Source of the DNA: Planctomycetota bacterium
Lineage (GTDB): Bacteria; Planctomycetota; B15-G4
NCBI GenBank assembly: GCA_965248575.1
Contig: CBDFJQ010000002.1
Location: 2,496,001-2,560,000, forward strand
Direction of reading: 5' to 3'
DNA length: 64,000 nucleotides
Within the stretch, counting starts at the first letter, position 1, and every line of letters begins with the position of its first letter. This document shows positions 10,626 to 20,044 of the stretch, piece after piece. The position numbers were made by a program, and so were the translations under genes. Below the pieces are notes generated by a model. That model saw only the letters and a program-made list of their open reading frames with translations, was not told the origin of the DNA and searched no databases.

Positions 10626-11891
10626 TCAGTACTTCAGGAAGCTCGCCAGCTCGGGCAGCAGGATGATCCGGATGCCGAACTTCTCCGCGGTGCGGTAGGC
10701 GTCGGTGTCCGTCAGAGCCACGGCATCGTCGCCCTCATCCAGGCTCGTCTCGCCCAGCACGAGGACGTCGGTCGAGGTGCCCACCGAGCCGTCGACCTTG
10801 GCACCCAGCTCTTCCAGGCGCTGCGTGGCGAACTCCTTGCTCATGTTCAGGGGGAACTCACCGAGCAGGTGGAAGTGCATCACCCGATCCTTGTTGAAGT
10901 GCGGGTTGCGCACGAGGTCGCCGGGCAACATCGGGTCGTAGACGTTGGGCTTGCCCACGAGGCCCACCATGGCGCTCGTGGAGCTCACTTCACGCACTTC
11001 GACCTTGCCGCGGCTCACCAGCTCGCCGGACGGACCGCGCCGCAGGAGCTCGAAGCGCGTGCCCGTCTTGAGACCGTTCTTGCCGCCCAGGTCGATCCAG
11101 GCCACATCGCCCGCATCAGTCACAGTCACCAGCTTACCGTCGGGCTCGGCTGGAGCCAGAGGAGCACGGTTCTCTGCGAGGGCAACCAGCTGGTCCGCTG
11201 CAAGCTTGGCCGCCTTGCTGGCGTCGTCGGTGGCGTCCGCAAGAGCGCGCTCCGCGTCCCGCTTGTCGGAGTCCAACGATGTGTTCACGTTCGTGATGTC
11301 GTCAATGCGGCTCTGGTCGCTTGCAGCCTGACGGTCCGCAGCATCCTGCGCGTCCGCCAACTGCTGGGTCAGGCTCGCCACTTGGCTCTTGTACGTGCCT
11401 TCGATGGAGACGGTTTTCTGCTCGGCAGCCTGCCGTGAGCTGCGCTCCTTCTTGTAGTCCGCAGCGACGGCCGACGACGCCGTGCGCGCCGAGGCCAGCT
11501 CAGCCATCAACTTCTTGACGGATGCATCGAGAGTCACATTGGCCTCACCGGCCACATCACCCAGGGTCGTCTTGACCGACTCGAGGTCTGAGCGCACGGA
11601 CGTCACGTCCGACTTCGCGTTGGGCGTTCCGTCGGTGTAGCCCGCCACCTGCGAAAGGGCGTTGAAGTTCGTGTTCATCTCGTCGAAACGACTTTCCCAA
11701 TCGTCCCGCTCGGCAAGAGCGGCCGTTGAGCGCTGGTCAGCAACAGCGATGCTGTCGTTGGCGACGTAGAGCAAGTACAGCGTCCCAAGCCACAAGATCA
11801 TGATGACGATGAGCCAGGTGGCATTGACGGCACCGGCTTCGCGGCGGCGGGAAGGCAGGAGGGGCGTGGTCACGTGTCCTCTTTCTTGCAT
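10626..11891 (-). CDS. Membrane-anchored coiled-coil protein with C-terminal beta domain and BRCT-like domain
   Basis: TM helix, long coiled coil, WIDLG..GLK.G..F motif, C-terminal LEELGAKV..TDVLVLG..A.KFGI; start uncertain. Confidence 0.65.
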   Translation of the reverse strand: MQERGHVTTPLLPSRRREAGAVNATWLIVIMILWLGTLYLLYVANDSIAVADQRSTAALAERDDWESRFDEMNTNFNALSQVAGYTDGTPNAKSDVTSVRSDLESVKTTLGDVAGEANVTLDASVKKLMAELASARTASSAVAADYKKERSSRQAAEQKTVSIEGTYKSQVASLTQQLADAQDAADRQAASDQSRIDDITNVNTSLDSDKRDAERALADATDDASKAAKLAADQLVALAENRAPLAPAEPDGKLVTVTDAGDVAWIDLGGKNGLKTGTRFELLRRGPSGELVSRGKVEVREVSSTSAMVGLVGKPNVYDPMLPGDLVRNPHFNKDRVMHFHLLGEFPLNMSKEFATQRLEELGAKVDGSVGTSTDVLVLGETSLDEGDDAVALTDTDAYRTAEKFGIRIILLPELASFLKY

Positions 11892-12174
11892 CTGGGCTAG
11901 ATCCGGGCTGACTCAAGCTGAGTCTGAGCAGGCGTCGCGCTGTTCGGGGGAGGAAGACCGTCGGCCACCCGCACGTAAGGTGCAGTAGCGGGGTCGGGGC
12001 TCCAGTGGGCGCGGATTATAGGCGGGAGCCCCTTGGGCGGCAACGGAGCCGATTGCTCTCCTTTCCAAAGCAGCTTCCCGCATCCGGCCCGGCAGTCTGC
12101 CTGCCGGCTGCTCCAGGGCGCTTCCGGGCCCTGCCCCCTGGCTGCCACGGGCCGTCCCTGACTACCCTGGGCTC

Positions 12175-12762
12175 ATGGCTCTCGTGATTGGAATTCTGGG
12201 TGGCGTCGCCAGTGGCAAGTCCACCGTGGCCCGCCTGATGGCCGAGAAAGGCATCGTTCACGTGGATGCCGACGCCTTTGCCCACGAGGTCGTGCTGGAA
12301 CCGGCGGTTCGGCACGCCCTGGAGCAACGCTTCGGCGACGACCTCTACGACGGGCAGGGCCAGCTGGACCGCGCGCTCCTGGCAAAACGGGCATTCTGTG
12401 ACGAAAACAGTACACAGGAGCTGAATTCGCTCATTCACCCCAGGGTTCGCCAGCGCATCGCCGAGGCCCTGGCCGAGGCAGGTGAGCGGCCCGTGGTCCT
12501 GGATGTGCCCCTGCTTCTGGGCTCCCCGCTCGAGAATCTGGTGACCCGCTGGGTCTATCTGGAGACGCAGGAGGGCACCCGGGACGAGCGGGCAGCGGGC
12601 CGGAATTGGGCCCCGCAGGAGAGAGCTCGCAGGGAAGCACTCCAGGCGGATCTCACCGCGAAACGAGCTCGAGCCCACCATGTGCTGGAAAACAACGGCG
12701 AGATCGAGGATCTTGGGCGGCGAGTTGACGCTCTGCTCCTGGAGTGGGGCGTCCCCATCTGA
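12175..12762 (+). CDS. coaE: Dephospho-CoA kinase
   Basis: GILGGVASGKSTV, DAD, LDRALLA, LIHP, DVPLL. Confidence 0.94.
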   Translation: MALVIGILGGVASGKSTVARLMAEKGIVHVDADAFAHEVVLEPAVRHALEQRFGDDLYDGQGQLDRALLAKRAFCDENSTQELNSLIHPRVRQRIAEALAEAGERPVVLDVPLLLGSPLENLVTRWVYLETQEGTRDERAAGRNWAPQERARREALQADLTAKRARAHHVLENNGEIEDLGRRVDALLLEWGVPI

Positions 12763-12961
12763 CCCAGTGCGCCCTCGCACGGCCGGACAGGGAGAGCCCC
12801 GCCTCTCCTGAACCTGCTGATCAGGCCGCCGCCCCCAGCCGACGCCGATGCCCAGACTTCGGACGCTGGGGCCGGATCCCAGGCCTTTCGGCATGTCCCT
12901 CCCCCGTCGCTTTCGCCGACCACTCCCTTCTCCTCCGCCCCTCTGCCCGCTTCCGCACTTC

Positions 12962-14425
12962 ATGGCTCGACCACCACATCAGCGCCCCACTGCTCCCGGT
13001 GAACCGGACATCCACCACGTGGAGGATGTTGCGGAGCTCCCGCGCCTCACGGCTTCGGACGCCGCCGATGAAGAGGCAACGGACTCCACTGCGGACGCCT
13101 CGCCCCGCCAGATGTTCGTGAAGAAGGCCCCGCCCCTGCCGGGCATGGGTGATCACCCCGAGCCCGCGGATCTGGCGGACCTCGCCTCCATGCCCATGCC
13201 CGACCTCGTGCGCCGCCTCGGGCAGTACGGGATCGAGTGCCACGAGGGGACAGATCGCAGCAAGCTGCTCGTCGCCCTGATGCGCAACTCGGACAAGCTG
13301 GGCTTGCGCCTGGTGGGTGAAGGTCAGATCGAACTCATGCCCGACGGCTACGGTTTCTTGCGCTGCGCCAGGAACACCTTCCTGCCGTCTCCGGACGACC
13401 TCTACATCGCCCCCGCCCTGGTGAAGGAGTACAGCCTGCACCCGGGCATGTACATCAAGGGCCGAGTGAAGCGCGGTCGGCGCAAGGACAAGTACTTCGC
13501 CATCGAAGAGATCCTGCTGATCAATGACAAGGATCCCGAGCACGCCAAGGACCTCACGCTCTTTGACGACCTCACGCCCGTCTTCCCAGACAAGCGCATC
13601 CTGCTGGAGACGGATGACTCCCGGGATTTCTCGGCGCGGGTGGTCGACCTCATGGCCCCCATCGGCTTCGGGCAGCGTGGGCTGATCGTCTCGCCGCCCC
13701 GCTCCGGCAAGACCATGTTGCTGAAGGCGCTGGCGCAGGCCATCACCACCAACTACCCGAACATCAAGCTGTTGGTGTTCCTGGTGGATGAGCGCCCCGA
13801 AGAGGTGACCGACATGATGCGTTCGGTGGACGGCGAAGTCATTGCGTCCACCTTCGACGAGCCCCCTCAGCGACACATCGCCGTGTCGGACCGTGTGGAC
13901 GAGCGGGCACGCAGCCTCGTCGAGTCGGGCTACGACGTCGTGCTCTTGATCGACTCCATCACGCGTCTCGGTCGGGCCTTCAATGCAGCGGCACGCACCA
14001 CGGGCCGCATCCTCTCCGGTGGAATCGAAGCCAACGCGCTCCAGAAGCCCAAGCGGCTGTTCGGAGCTGCGCGCAACATCGAGGGCTCCGGCTCGCTGAC
14101 GATCCTCGCCACAGCTCTGATCGAGACCAACTCCCGTATGGACGAGGTCATCTTCGAAGAGTTCAAGGGCACGGGCAACATGGAGATCGTGCTGAGCCGC
14201 GCCGTCTCCGAGCAGCGCATCTACCCGGCCATCGACATCCATCGCTCGGGAACGCGCATGGAGAATCTGCTCTTCGATCCGCAGGAAGCCGAGTTCGTCA
14301 CGCAGCTGCGCAAGGCCTTGGCGGACCTCACGCCACCGGACGCCATCGACTCACTGCTGAAGCGCATGAAGCAGACCGCCACGAACGTCGAGTTCCTGCT
14401 GGGTCTGCGCAACGCCAAGTTCTAG
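12962..14425 (+). CDS. rho: Transcription termination factor Rho
   Basis: DGYGFLR, PIGFGQRGLIVSPPRSGKT, DERPEEVT, DSITRL, FEEFKGTGNME; start uncertain. Confidence 0.96.
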   Translation: MARPPHQRPTAPGEPDIHHVEDVAELPRLTASDAADEEATDSTADASPRQMFVKKAPPLPGMGDHPEPADLADLASMPMPDLVRRLGQYGIECHEGTDRSKLLVALMRNSDKLGLRLVGEGQIELMPDGYGFLRCARNTFLPSPDDLYIAPALVKEYSLHPGMYIKGRVKRGRRKDKYFAIEEILLINDKDPEHAKDLTLFDDLTPVFPDKRILLETDDSRDFSARVVDLMAPIGFGQRGLIVSPPRSGKTMLLKALAQAITTNYPNIKLLVFLVDERPEEVTDMMRSVDGEVIASTFDEPPQRHIAVSDRVDERARSLVESGYDVVLLIDSITRLGRAFNAAARTTGRILSGGIEANALQKPKRLFGAARNIEGSGSLTILATALIETNSRMDEVIFEEFKGTGNMEIVLSRAVSEQRIYPAIDIHRSGTRMENLLFDPQEAEFVTQLRKALADLTPPDAIDSLLKRMKQTATNVEFLLGLRNAKF

Positions 14426-14495
14426 GCCACGTTGGTCGGCGCTGGGGCCCGGCGCTCGGAGGCTGCTCGCGCCCGGGTGTCGCGACGGCGCACGC

Positions 14496-15863
14496 TCAGG
14501 GCTCCACGAGCTGCATGTCGCCTGGCCGCGGCCCCGCTTGGGCCTGCCAGCCGTTCGCCAACTCCAGCGACCAACCCTCCCCCACCAAAGCTGCTCGCGA
14601 GTTCTCCGGCTCAACCTGTGGCCGCGGCACGCGGAAGCCCGCCACCGTGCCGACCTCGTCGCGCAGAAGCAGCGCACCGCCAGTCTCGACCTTCAGCGTG
14701 CCCCATGTGTCGGTCACCGTCAGCGAGTCGTACACCTGGCCGTAGCCAGGCAAGCTCTCCTCGCCATAGGGGTTGAAGGAATACTGCACGGCCTGGGAGG
14801 CCGTGAGCTCGAGGATCGGCCCAGCGACGAAGTCCGACTCGTAGCGAACCAGACGCTCCCTCCGTGCCCGCTCCCGATTCGATTCATCGAGCAGGACCGT
14901 CTGACCGTCGTAGGACTCGAGACGGGTCTTCGCGAAGGTCAGGGCATCCTCGGGGAGCGTCAGCTGCCAGGCATCGGCCAGGCTCGCACCAAAGTCCACG
15001 GTGCCGGCAAAGCCCGCGCGCCAGCTCGCCCCGTCGGCGAGGTCCAGCAGCACGCCGTAGGCCGGGCCGCTGGCGTAGGCAAAACCCCGCGCGTGTCGAT
15101 CGGCGCGCTCGTCGTCGAGCAGGCGTTGGGCGACGCGCTCCACGCGCTGCTCCTCCGAGGCCACGGACAAGCGGTACCCGGTGTACTCGGCCACGCCTTC
15201 ATTGCTCTCCAGGGCGACTTCCGAATCGTGAGCGTCAGGGAAGATCCCGTGCCGGGCGGCGCGGAACGCCAACGCATCCAGCAGGGCGGTGCTCCGCGCC
15301 GGCTCGTCACCAGCGCGCAGAGCAGCGGCCAAGGCGCGCCATTCCATGCGCAACCAGATGCGCCCGGTCCCGGTGTCGAGGTGCGCATTGGGGCTGGCGG
15401 GAAAAGCACAGCTCCCGAGGTCAGGTTGAATCCGGTGCAGCGACTCATGCATGAGCAGTCGCAGGCGTGGCTCCTCCTGGTTCGGTAGCGGCCAGATCAC
15501 CGTGCTCCACATCTGCCCCTGCCAGAGCTGGGCGGTGTTGGCCACGCTGAGGTCGGATGTCATGGGCCCCACGAACACGCCGCCCTGCTCGACCAGGGTT
15601 CCGTCCGGGTCTGCACGGTTGGCCAAGATGCGCCCCGCACGAAGGTCCAGGAAGATCATAGGGCCCGCGAGAGATTGGCCCCACAACGCGCCCGCGTCCC
15701 GGGCTGACGCAGCCTCTGCCTCGGCGAAGGCCTGGGCTGCCAGCGCCAACTCAGGTTCCCTGGAGGCCTCGAAGTCCTGAGTGCACGAGGCACCAGGGTC
15801 GGGGCGCGGGCAAGTCGGCACACCAACACCCAGGAGTGTCAGCAACAGAAGGATGGTTCCCAT
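14496..15863 (-). CDS. Secreted protein with HExxH...NEGxAEY (gluzincin-like metallopeptidase) motif
   Basis: Signal-like N-terminus; LLMHESLHRIQ and ESNEGVAEYTG. Confidence 0.6.
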   Translation of the reverse strand: MGTILLLLTLLGVGVPTCPRPDPGASCTQDFEASREPELALAAQAFAEAEAASARDAGALWGQSLAGPMIFLDLRAGRILANRADPDGTLVEQGGVFVGPMTSDLSVANTAQLWQGQMWSTVIWPLPNQEEPRLRLLMHESLHRIQPDLGSCAFPASPNAHLDTGTGRIWLRMEWRALAAALRAGDEPARSTALLDALAFRAARHGIFPDAHDSEVALESNEGVAEYTGYRLSVASEEQRVERVAQRLLDDERADRHARGFAYASGPAYGVLLDLADGASWRAGFAGTVDFGASLADAWQLTLPEDALTFAKTRLESYDGQTVLLDESNRERARRERLVRYESDFVAGPILELTASQAVQYSFNPYGEESLPGYGQVYDSLTVTDTWGTLKVETGGALLLRDEVGTVAGFRVPRPQVEPENSRAALVGEGWSLELANGWQAQAGPRPGDMQLVEP

Positions 15864-15886
15864 GAAAGAGGCTCCTGGGGTCAGGC

Positions 15887-17098
15887 TCACGGTTGGGTTT
15901 GCTGTCCACGGTCTTGCCAACGGATGGACTGGTCACTGTCCACATGGATGCGGAAGTCGAGCACACCACCCACATCCAAAACGTCCAGGGCCGAGGGCAA
16001 CTGACGCCAGCGCGAAGATGCCAACACCTCTCCACCGACCACCACCCTGCGTACGCGAGGCCCATCGAACACCACCTGGAAGGGTCCTGCATCGTCGGTG
16101 GCGAAGACCGTCCGAGGCTGAACCGTCGCGAGCGCGGGCCCCGCCAAGAAGAGCAGTACGAGGCCCAGGGCCATGCCGATGCCCGAGACACCGCCTGTGC
16201 CCATCTGTCGCCAGCGCCTATGGGTAGTGGGTCTTGTCTCAAGCACCCGCTGCAGTCGTTCAAACAGCGACGAATGCGCTGAGAGCGCAGACACCATGCG
16301 GTGAGGCTGGGAACCAGCCGACACGAGCTCCGCCGTGAGCACGAGGGCTTGGGCATAGGCCGCCCGACCGGTGGCATAGGCGGCCAACAGGCGAGCATCC
16401 CGGGCGAGTTCCTCCCAACGCCTGAGCTGCGTGCTGGCCCACCACACAAGCGGATTCCACCAGAACATGACCCCCAACACAGCTTCGAAGACTCGCAGCC
16501 ATGGATCGCCACGAGCGACATGCAGCAACTCATGGCCCAGGACCATCTGGCGCTGCTCAGGCGAAAGTTCGCCAAGAAGCGCGCGTGGGAATACGAGACG
16601 TGCCCTGGCTCCGCAGCCCACCACACAGGGGGACATAGGCTCGTCGACAAGCACCAAAGCCGGCGGCTTGCCTGCGAACGGGAGTTCGAGTCGCTCCGCA
16701 ACCAGGCCAACTTCCCGCTGCAGGACGGGAGACGCTGCCCCGCCGCCGGCAAGCAGTCGACGCAGCCGCGAGACAGCGAACATCACACGCCACCCCCTGA
16801 CCAGCGCGCCCGTCAACCAGACCCCGAGCAGGAGCTGGGAGGCGCCCTGCCGCGCGGACAAGGCGCGCATCGGGTCCGCATGCAGACTGGCAGCGTGAGC
16901 AAGAAGCGTGGCGAAGAGATCCACGGCACCCGACTCGATGCGCACCAGGGGCGGAATGACCAACTTGAACAACACGAGTATCCAGGCAACGTGCATCCAG
17001 GCAGGGGTCCGACATCGCAAGCCCAGCAAGCTGACACCCACAGCCAACAAGCAGGCGCCCAGGAACTGCTCGAGACTGTGCTGCCAGAGAGGAGTCAT
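15887..17098 (-). CDS. M56 family (BlaR1/MecR1-like) membrane metallopeptidase
   Basis: HELLHVARGD, FWWNPLVWW, EELARD; several TM helices; overlaps the blaI-like gene. Confidence 0.88.
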   Translation of the reverse strand: MTPLWQHSLEQFLGACLLAVGVSLLGLRCRTPAWMHVAWILVLFKLVIPPLVRIESGAVDLFATLLAHAASLHADPMRALSARQGASQLLLGVWLTGALVRGWRVMFAVSRLRRLLAGGGAASPVLQREVGLVAERLELPFAGKPPALVLVDEPMSPCVVGCGARARLVFPRALLGELSPEQRQMVLGHELLHVARGDPWLRVFEAVLGVMFWWNPLVWWASTQLRRWEELARDARLLAAYATGRAAYAQALVLTAELVSAGSQPHRMVSALSAHSSLFERLQRVLETRPTTHRRWRQMGTGGVSGIGMALGLVLLFLAGPALATVQPRTVFATDDAGPFQVVFDGPRVRRVVVGGEVLASSRWRQLPSALDVLDVGGVLDFRIHVDSDQSIRWQDRGQQTQP

Positions 17099-17511
17099 GT
17101 GTCCCCCTCTGCCTTTCCTCCGTCTTCCTGATGCTCACGGAGCAAGGCATGCAGCGCAGCCAGGTCCTCGTCGGAGAGTGGCTTCGTTCGCACGAGCTGA
17201 CTGATCAGCGGCATCACGGACCCACCGCAGAGCCGCTGCGAGAGTTGCCCCAGGCGAGTTCCAAGAAACTGATCTCGTCCCATGAGGGAGAAGAAAAGAT
17301 GGGCCCGAGCCGAGCGATCTCGGCGGACGAAGCTCTTGGCTTCCAGCCGGTCGAGCAGCTTCTGGACCGTGGCGTACTGAGCAGCCGAGCCCAGGGGATA
17401 CAGGGAGCCGCAGATCTCACGGATGCTGCAACCCTGCTGCTCCGAGCCGGCCCAGAGGCACTCCATGACCCGCAGCTCGGTATCACTCATGTCCTTGAAC
17501 AGGGGCGGCAT
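17095..17511 (-). CDS. BlaI/MecI/CopY family transcriptional repressor
   Basis: SDTELRVMECLW, YATVQKLLDRLEAKSFV, LSDEDL. Confidence 0.88.
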   Translation of the reverse strand: MPPLFKDMSDTELRVMECLWAGSEQQGCSIREICGSLYPLGSAAQYATVQKLLDRLEAKSFVRRDRSARAHLFFSLMGRDQFLGTRLGQLSQRLCGGSVMPLISQLVRTKPLSDEDLAALHALLREHQEDGGKAEGDT

Positions 17512-17547
17512 GTCAGACACTCTGACTGACATTGAATAGCACGTCAA
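17510..17547 (-). promoter_or_regulatory. Putative promoter and operator of the blaI-like operon
   Basis: Minus strand TTGACG-N17-CAGAGT just upstream of the ATG; inverted repeat ATGTCAG-N9-CTGACAT at 17510-17532. Confidence 0.5.
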
Positions 17548-17586
17548 CCCAGCACATCTTGATGATCATCCCTGGCTCAAGCGTCC

Positions 17587-17621
17587 GTCACGGCACCGGT
17601 CACGGCACCGGTCACGGCACC
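17587..17621. repeat. 12-bp tandem repeat (GTCACGGCACCG) x~3
   Basis: Read directly; overlaps the stop codon of the 17612-19108 gene. Confidence 0.75.
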
Positions 17622-19108
17622 AGCGAAGCCAGTCCGTTGGTGGCTGAGTAGCCAAAGGGCGCCGTCATGTCGGGCATCCAGGCCTGCCAGAAGAGCGTTG
17701 TGCCGGACGGGATGCCCGACGGCAGGGTGGTCCCCAGGCCGAGCTCGCCCTGGAAACCGAGGGGGAACAGGCGGATCACGTCCGGCGTCGGGATCATGGC
17801 CCCGCCCAGGAAGGGCATGTTCAGGAAGCCGAAGCCGCCGAAGAAGTAGGCGAAGCCCTGGGACGGACCGTTCGCGACGGTGAGCGATATGGGGTCGCCC
17901 CCCAGCAGGTAGCCGCAGCCGGTCAGCGTCGGAGGGCCATTCGTCCCGGCGATCTCGCCGCCCAGCGTCGTCCAGGCGTCCGCCAACGGGACATTGAGTG
18001 CCTCCACCAACCACGTCAACCGGCTGCACGCGACCAGCTCGGGCAGCGACGACGAAACCACCTCGTCCTCGACGCCGTTCGCGATGGAAGGGTTCACGAT
18101 CACGAGCCGCGATTGGGGCACGCTCAGTTTCCACGCGAATCCCGACCACACGCTGTGCGCGTCCTCTTCGGTGCCCGCGTCATAGGGTGGCATGACGAAG
18201 TTCGTGCCGTTGTTCTTCGCGCCGTAGTAGATGTAGAGCGGCAAGGCCTGATTCAATGCCAAGGTGCCCGGCTGCATGCCGTAATGGAGAGCGCTCGACT
18301 CGATCAACCAATCGTCATCGACTTCATCGAGCTCGTTCGCAGGCTCGTCGTAGTCACCCGGCTCGAAGATCGGGAAGTGAAACAAGTCGAAGTTGGCCAG
18401 TGGTTTGCTGACTGCAAGCGAAGGCCACCAGGTCACACCGCCGCCCAGCAGGCCCGCACTCACGCGCGTGCTCTCGAGCTCCTGCCCCTGCGGGTTGAGC
18501 CAGATATCGCTGCGGTTGGGGCCCATCACGACCCACTCCCAGACCACGGCCCCCGCGCTCGTGCCAAAGGCCGCGATGCGCGACGCGTCGATGCCGAGGC
18601 TCGCCGCGTTGAACTTCACGTGTTGCACCAACATGATGGCGTCCTTCTCGGGCATGGGCCGAGCCGGGTGCAGGTACGGGGCGATGATGCCGGTGTAGCC
18701 CGGGGGGATGCCCGCCGATGGAGGAATGAACACGCCATTGCCGGGGTAGGTCACCGGGTTGCCCGTGTTACCACCCCGCACGATGGTGCAGGTGGCGGAG
18801 ATCACTGCGATGCCAGCTTCCAAGGCGTCGTGCAAGAGCCCGTCCGTATGCTCGATGGTGTCCGGCATGTCCGAGCGAATGAAGCCCGACAAGTCCAGGT
18901 CGAGCAAGACGGGATAGCCCGCCGGAGGGCCGGGCGAGGTGGGCAGGAAGAGCCGGTACACCTGGTCGGGGTGCGGGTTGGGAATCGACGGGCCGGCGTA
19001 GGACTGGCTGCCGTTCACCGGCAGATAGACCGTCTGCGCCGACGAAGTTCCGAGAACCGCCAACAGGGCCAGGGCGCAAAGAGCCACGCGCATCGAGATG
19101 CTCGACAA
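17612..19108 (-). CDS. Secreted alpha/beta hydrolase (esterase-like) with C-terminal beta module
   Basis: Signal peptide; GIDASRIAAFGTSAG nucleophile motif; DAHS; C-terminal FWQAWMPD...ATNGL. Confidence 0.75.
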   Translation of the reverse strand: MSSISMRVALCALALLAVLGTSSAQTVYLPVNGSQSYAGPSIPNPHPDQVYRLFLPTSPGPPAGYPVLLDLDLSGFIRSDMPDTIEHTDGLLHDALEAGIAVISATCTIVRGGNTGNPVTYPGNGVFIPPSAGIPPGYTGIIAPYLHPARPMPEKDAIMLVQHVKFNAASLGIDASRIAAFGTSAGAVVWEWVVMGPNRSDIWLNPQGQELESTRVSAGLLGGGVTWWPSLAVSKPLANFDLFHFPIFEPGDYDEPANELDEVDDDWLIESSALHYGMQPGTLALNQALPLYIYYGAKNNGTNFVMPPYDAGTEEDAHSVWSGFAWKLSVPQSRLVIVNPSIANGVEDEVVSSSLPELVACSRLTWLVEALNVPLADAWTTLGGEIAGTNGPPTLTGCGYLLGGDPISLTVANGPSQGFAYFFGGFGFLNMPFLGGAMIPTPDVIRLFPLGFQGELGLGTTLPSGIPSGTTLFWQAWMPDMTAPFGYSATNGLASLVP

Positions 19109-19225
19109 GGGTGAATGGCAAGGCCCTGCGTCGAACCCGTCCCGTGCGGGGTCCGTCCGAAGCCTGTGGGAGAGCGCCTAAAGGTATCGCGGTTTCGCGA
19201 AAATGCCCAACCCTTGCTGGCTGCC

Positions 19226-20044
19226 CTAACCCCCTGAGGCGCCGAGAGCCCGGCCGCCAGCCGCCCGGACGCGTGGCTCGGGGGCCCAGCCCCTGGCACC
19301 GGCCGTCGTCTCCACCAGCCTCCAGCCCTCGCGCAGCTCTTCATCCAGCACCACCGTGCCCGGATCCAGGCGAAACAGCACGCTCCCCCCCTCATTGGGC
19401 TCCGAGCGCACCGAAGTGCCCAGGATGACCACGGCTCGGCGGGCATCCCGCCCCCGTGCAGCCTCGGTTCCGAGGGCAAGACCCACGGCCACAAGCCCGA
19501 GGCTGAGGGCGGCCCACCCCGTCCGACCCCGGGCCATGCCCACGCGGCAGCAGATCAGCAGGACGATCGCAGCGGTCAGAACGAGGCCGACCGTCGTGTC
19601 CATCTGGTGCTGGCTGATCTGCAACGGAACGCTGGCGACGCTGTTCAGGAAATCACCCGACTGCTCCCCGGCCACCCCAAGGCGCGCCCGCACCTGCTCG
19701 AGATTCCGCTGCACCCGGAGGTCGCCGGGCTTCGCACGCCAGGCGGCTTCCAGCTGCCACACGGCCTCCCCGAGCAGCTCCGCCCTGGCAGCCGCCGTGC
19801 CCGCATTGGCATGCAGGATGGACCGACGAGTGGCGTCAGCCTCCTCCTCGGCAGCGGCTGAGAAGAGTTCCAATGCTCGGGGGTAGTCTCCCTTGCCGTA
19901 GGCCTGAACCGCTGCCTCGAAGTCGGACATCGCCTCGGGAGCCACGGCGCCAAACTCGTCCGCTGCCGCTAGCGCAAGCAAGCCGCTACTCGCGAGGACG
20001 ATCACCGCAAACAGTCGCGCGAACATGGGTAGCCGCCTGTTCAT
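19226..20044 (-). CDS. BatE-like TPR + SH3b protein
   Basis: TPR helices, two TM helices, VRSEP...GW SH3-like end; position in bat operon. Confidence 0.75.
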   Translation of the reverse strand: MNRRLPMFARLFAVIVLASSGLLALAAADEFGAVAPEAMSDFEAAVQAYGKGDYPRALELFSAAAEEEADATRRSILHANAGTAAARAELLGEAVWQLEAAWRAKPGDLRVQRNLEQVRARLGVAGEQSGDFLNSVASVPLQISQHQMDTTVGLVLTAAIVLLICCRVGMARGRTGWAALSLGLVAVGLALGTEAARGRDARRAVVILGTSVRSEPNEGGSVLFRLDPGTVVLDEELREGWRLVETTAGARGWAPEPRVRAAGGRALGASGG

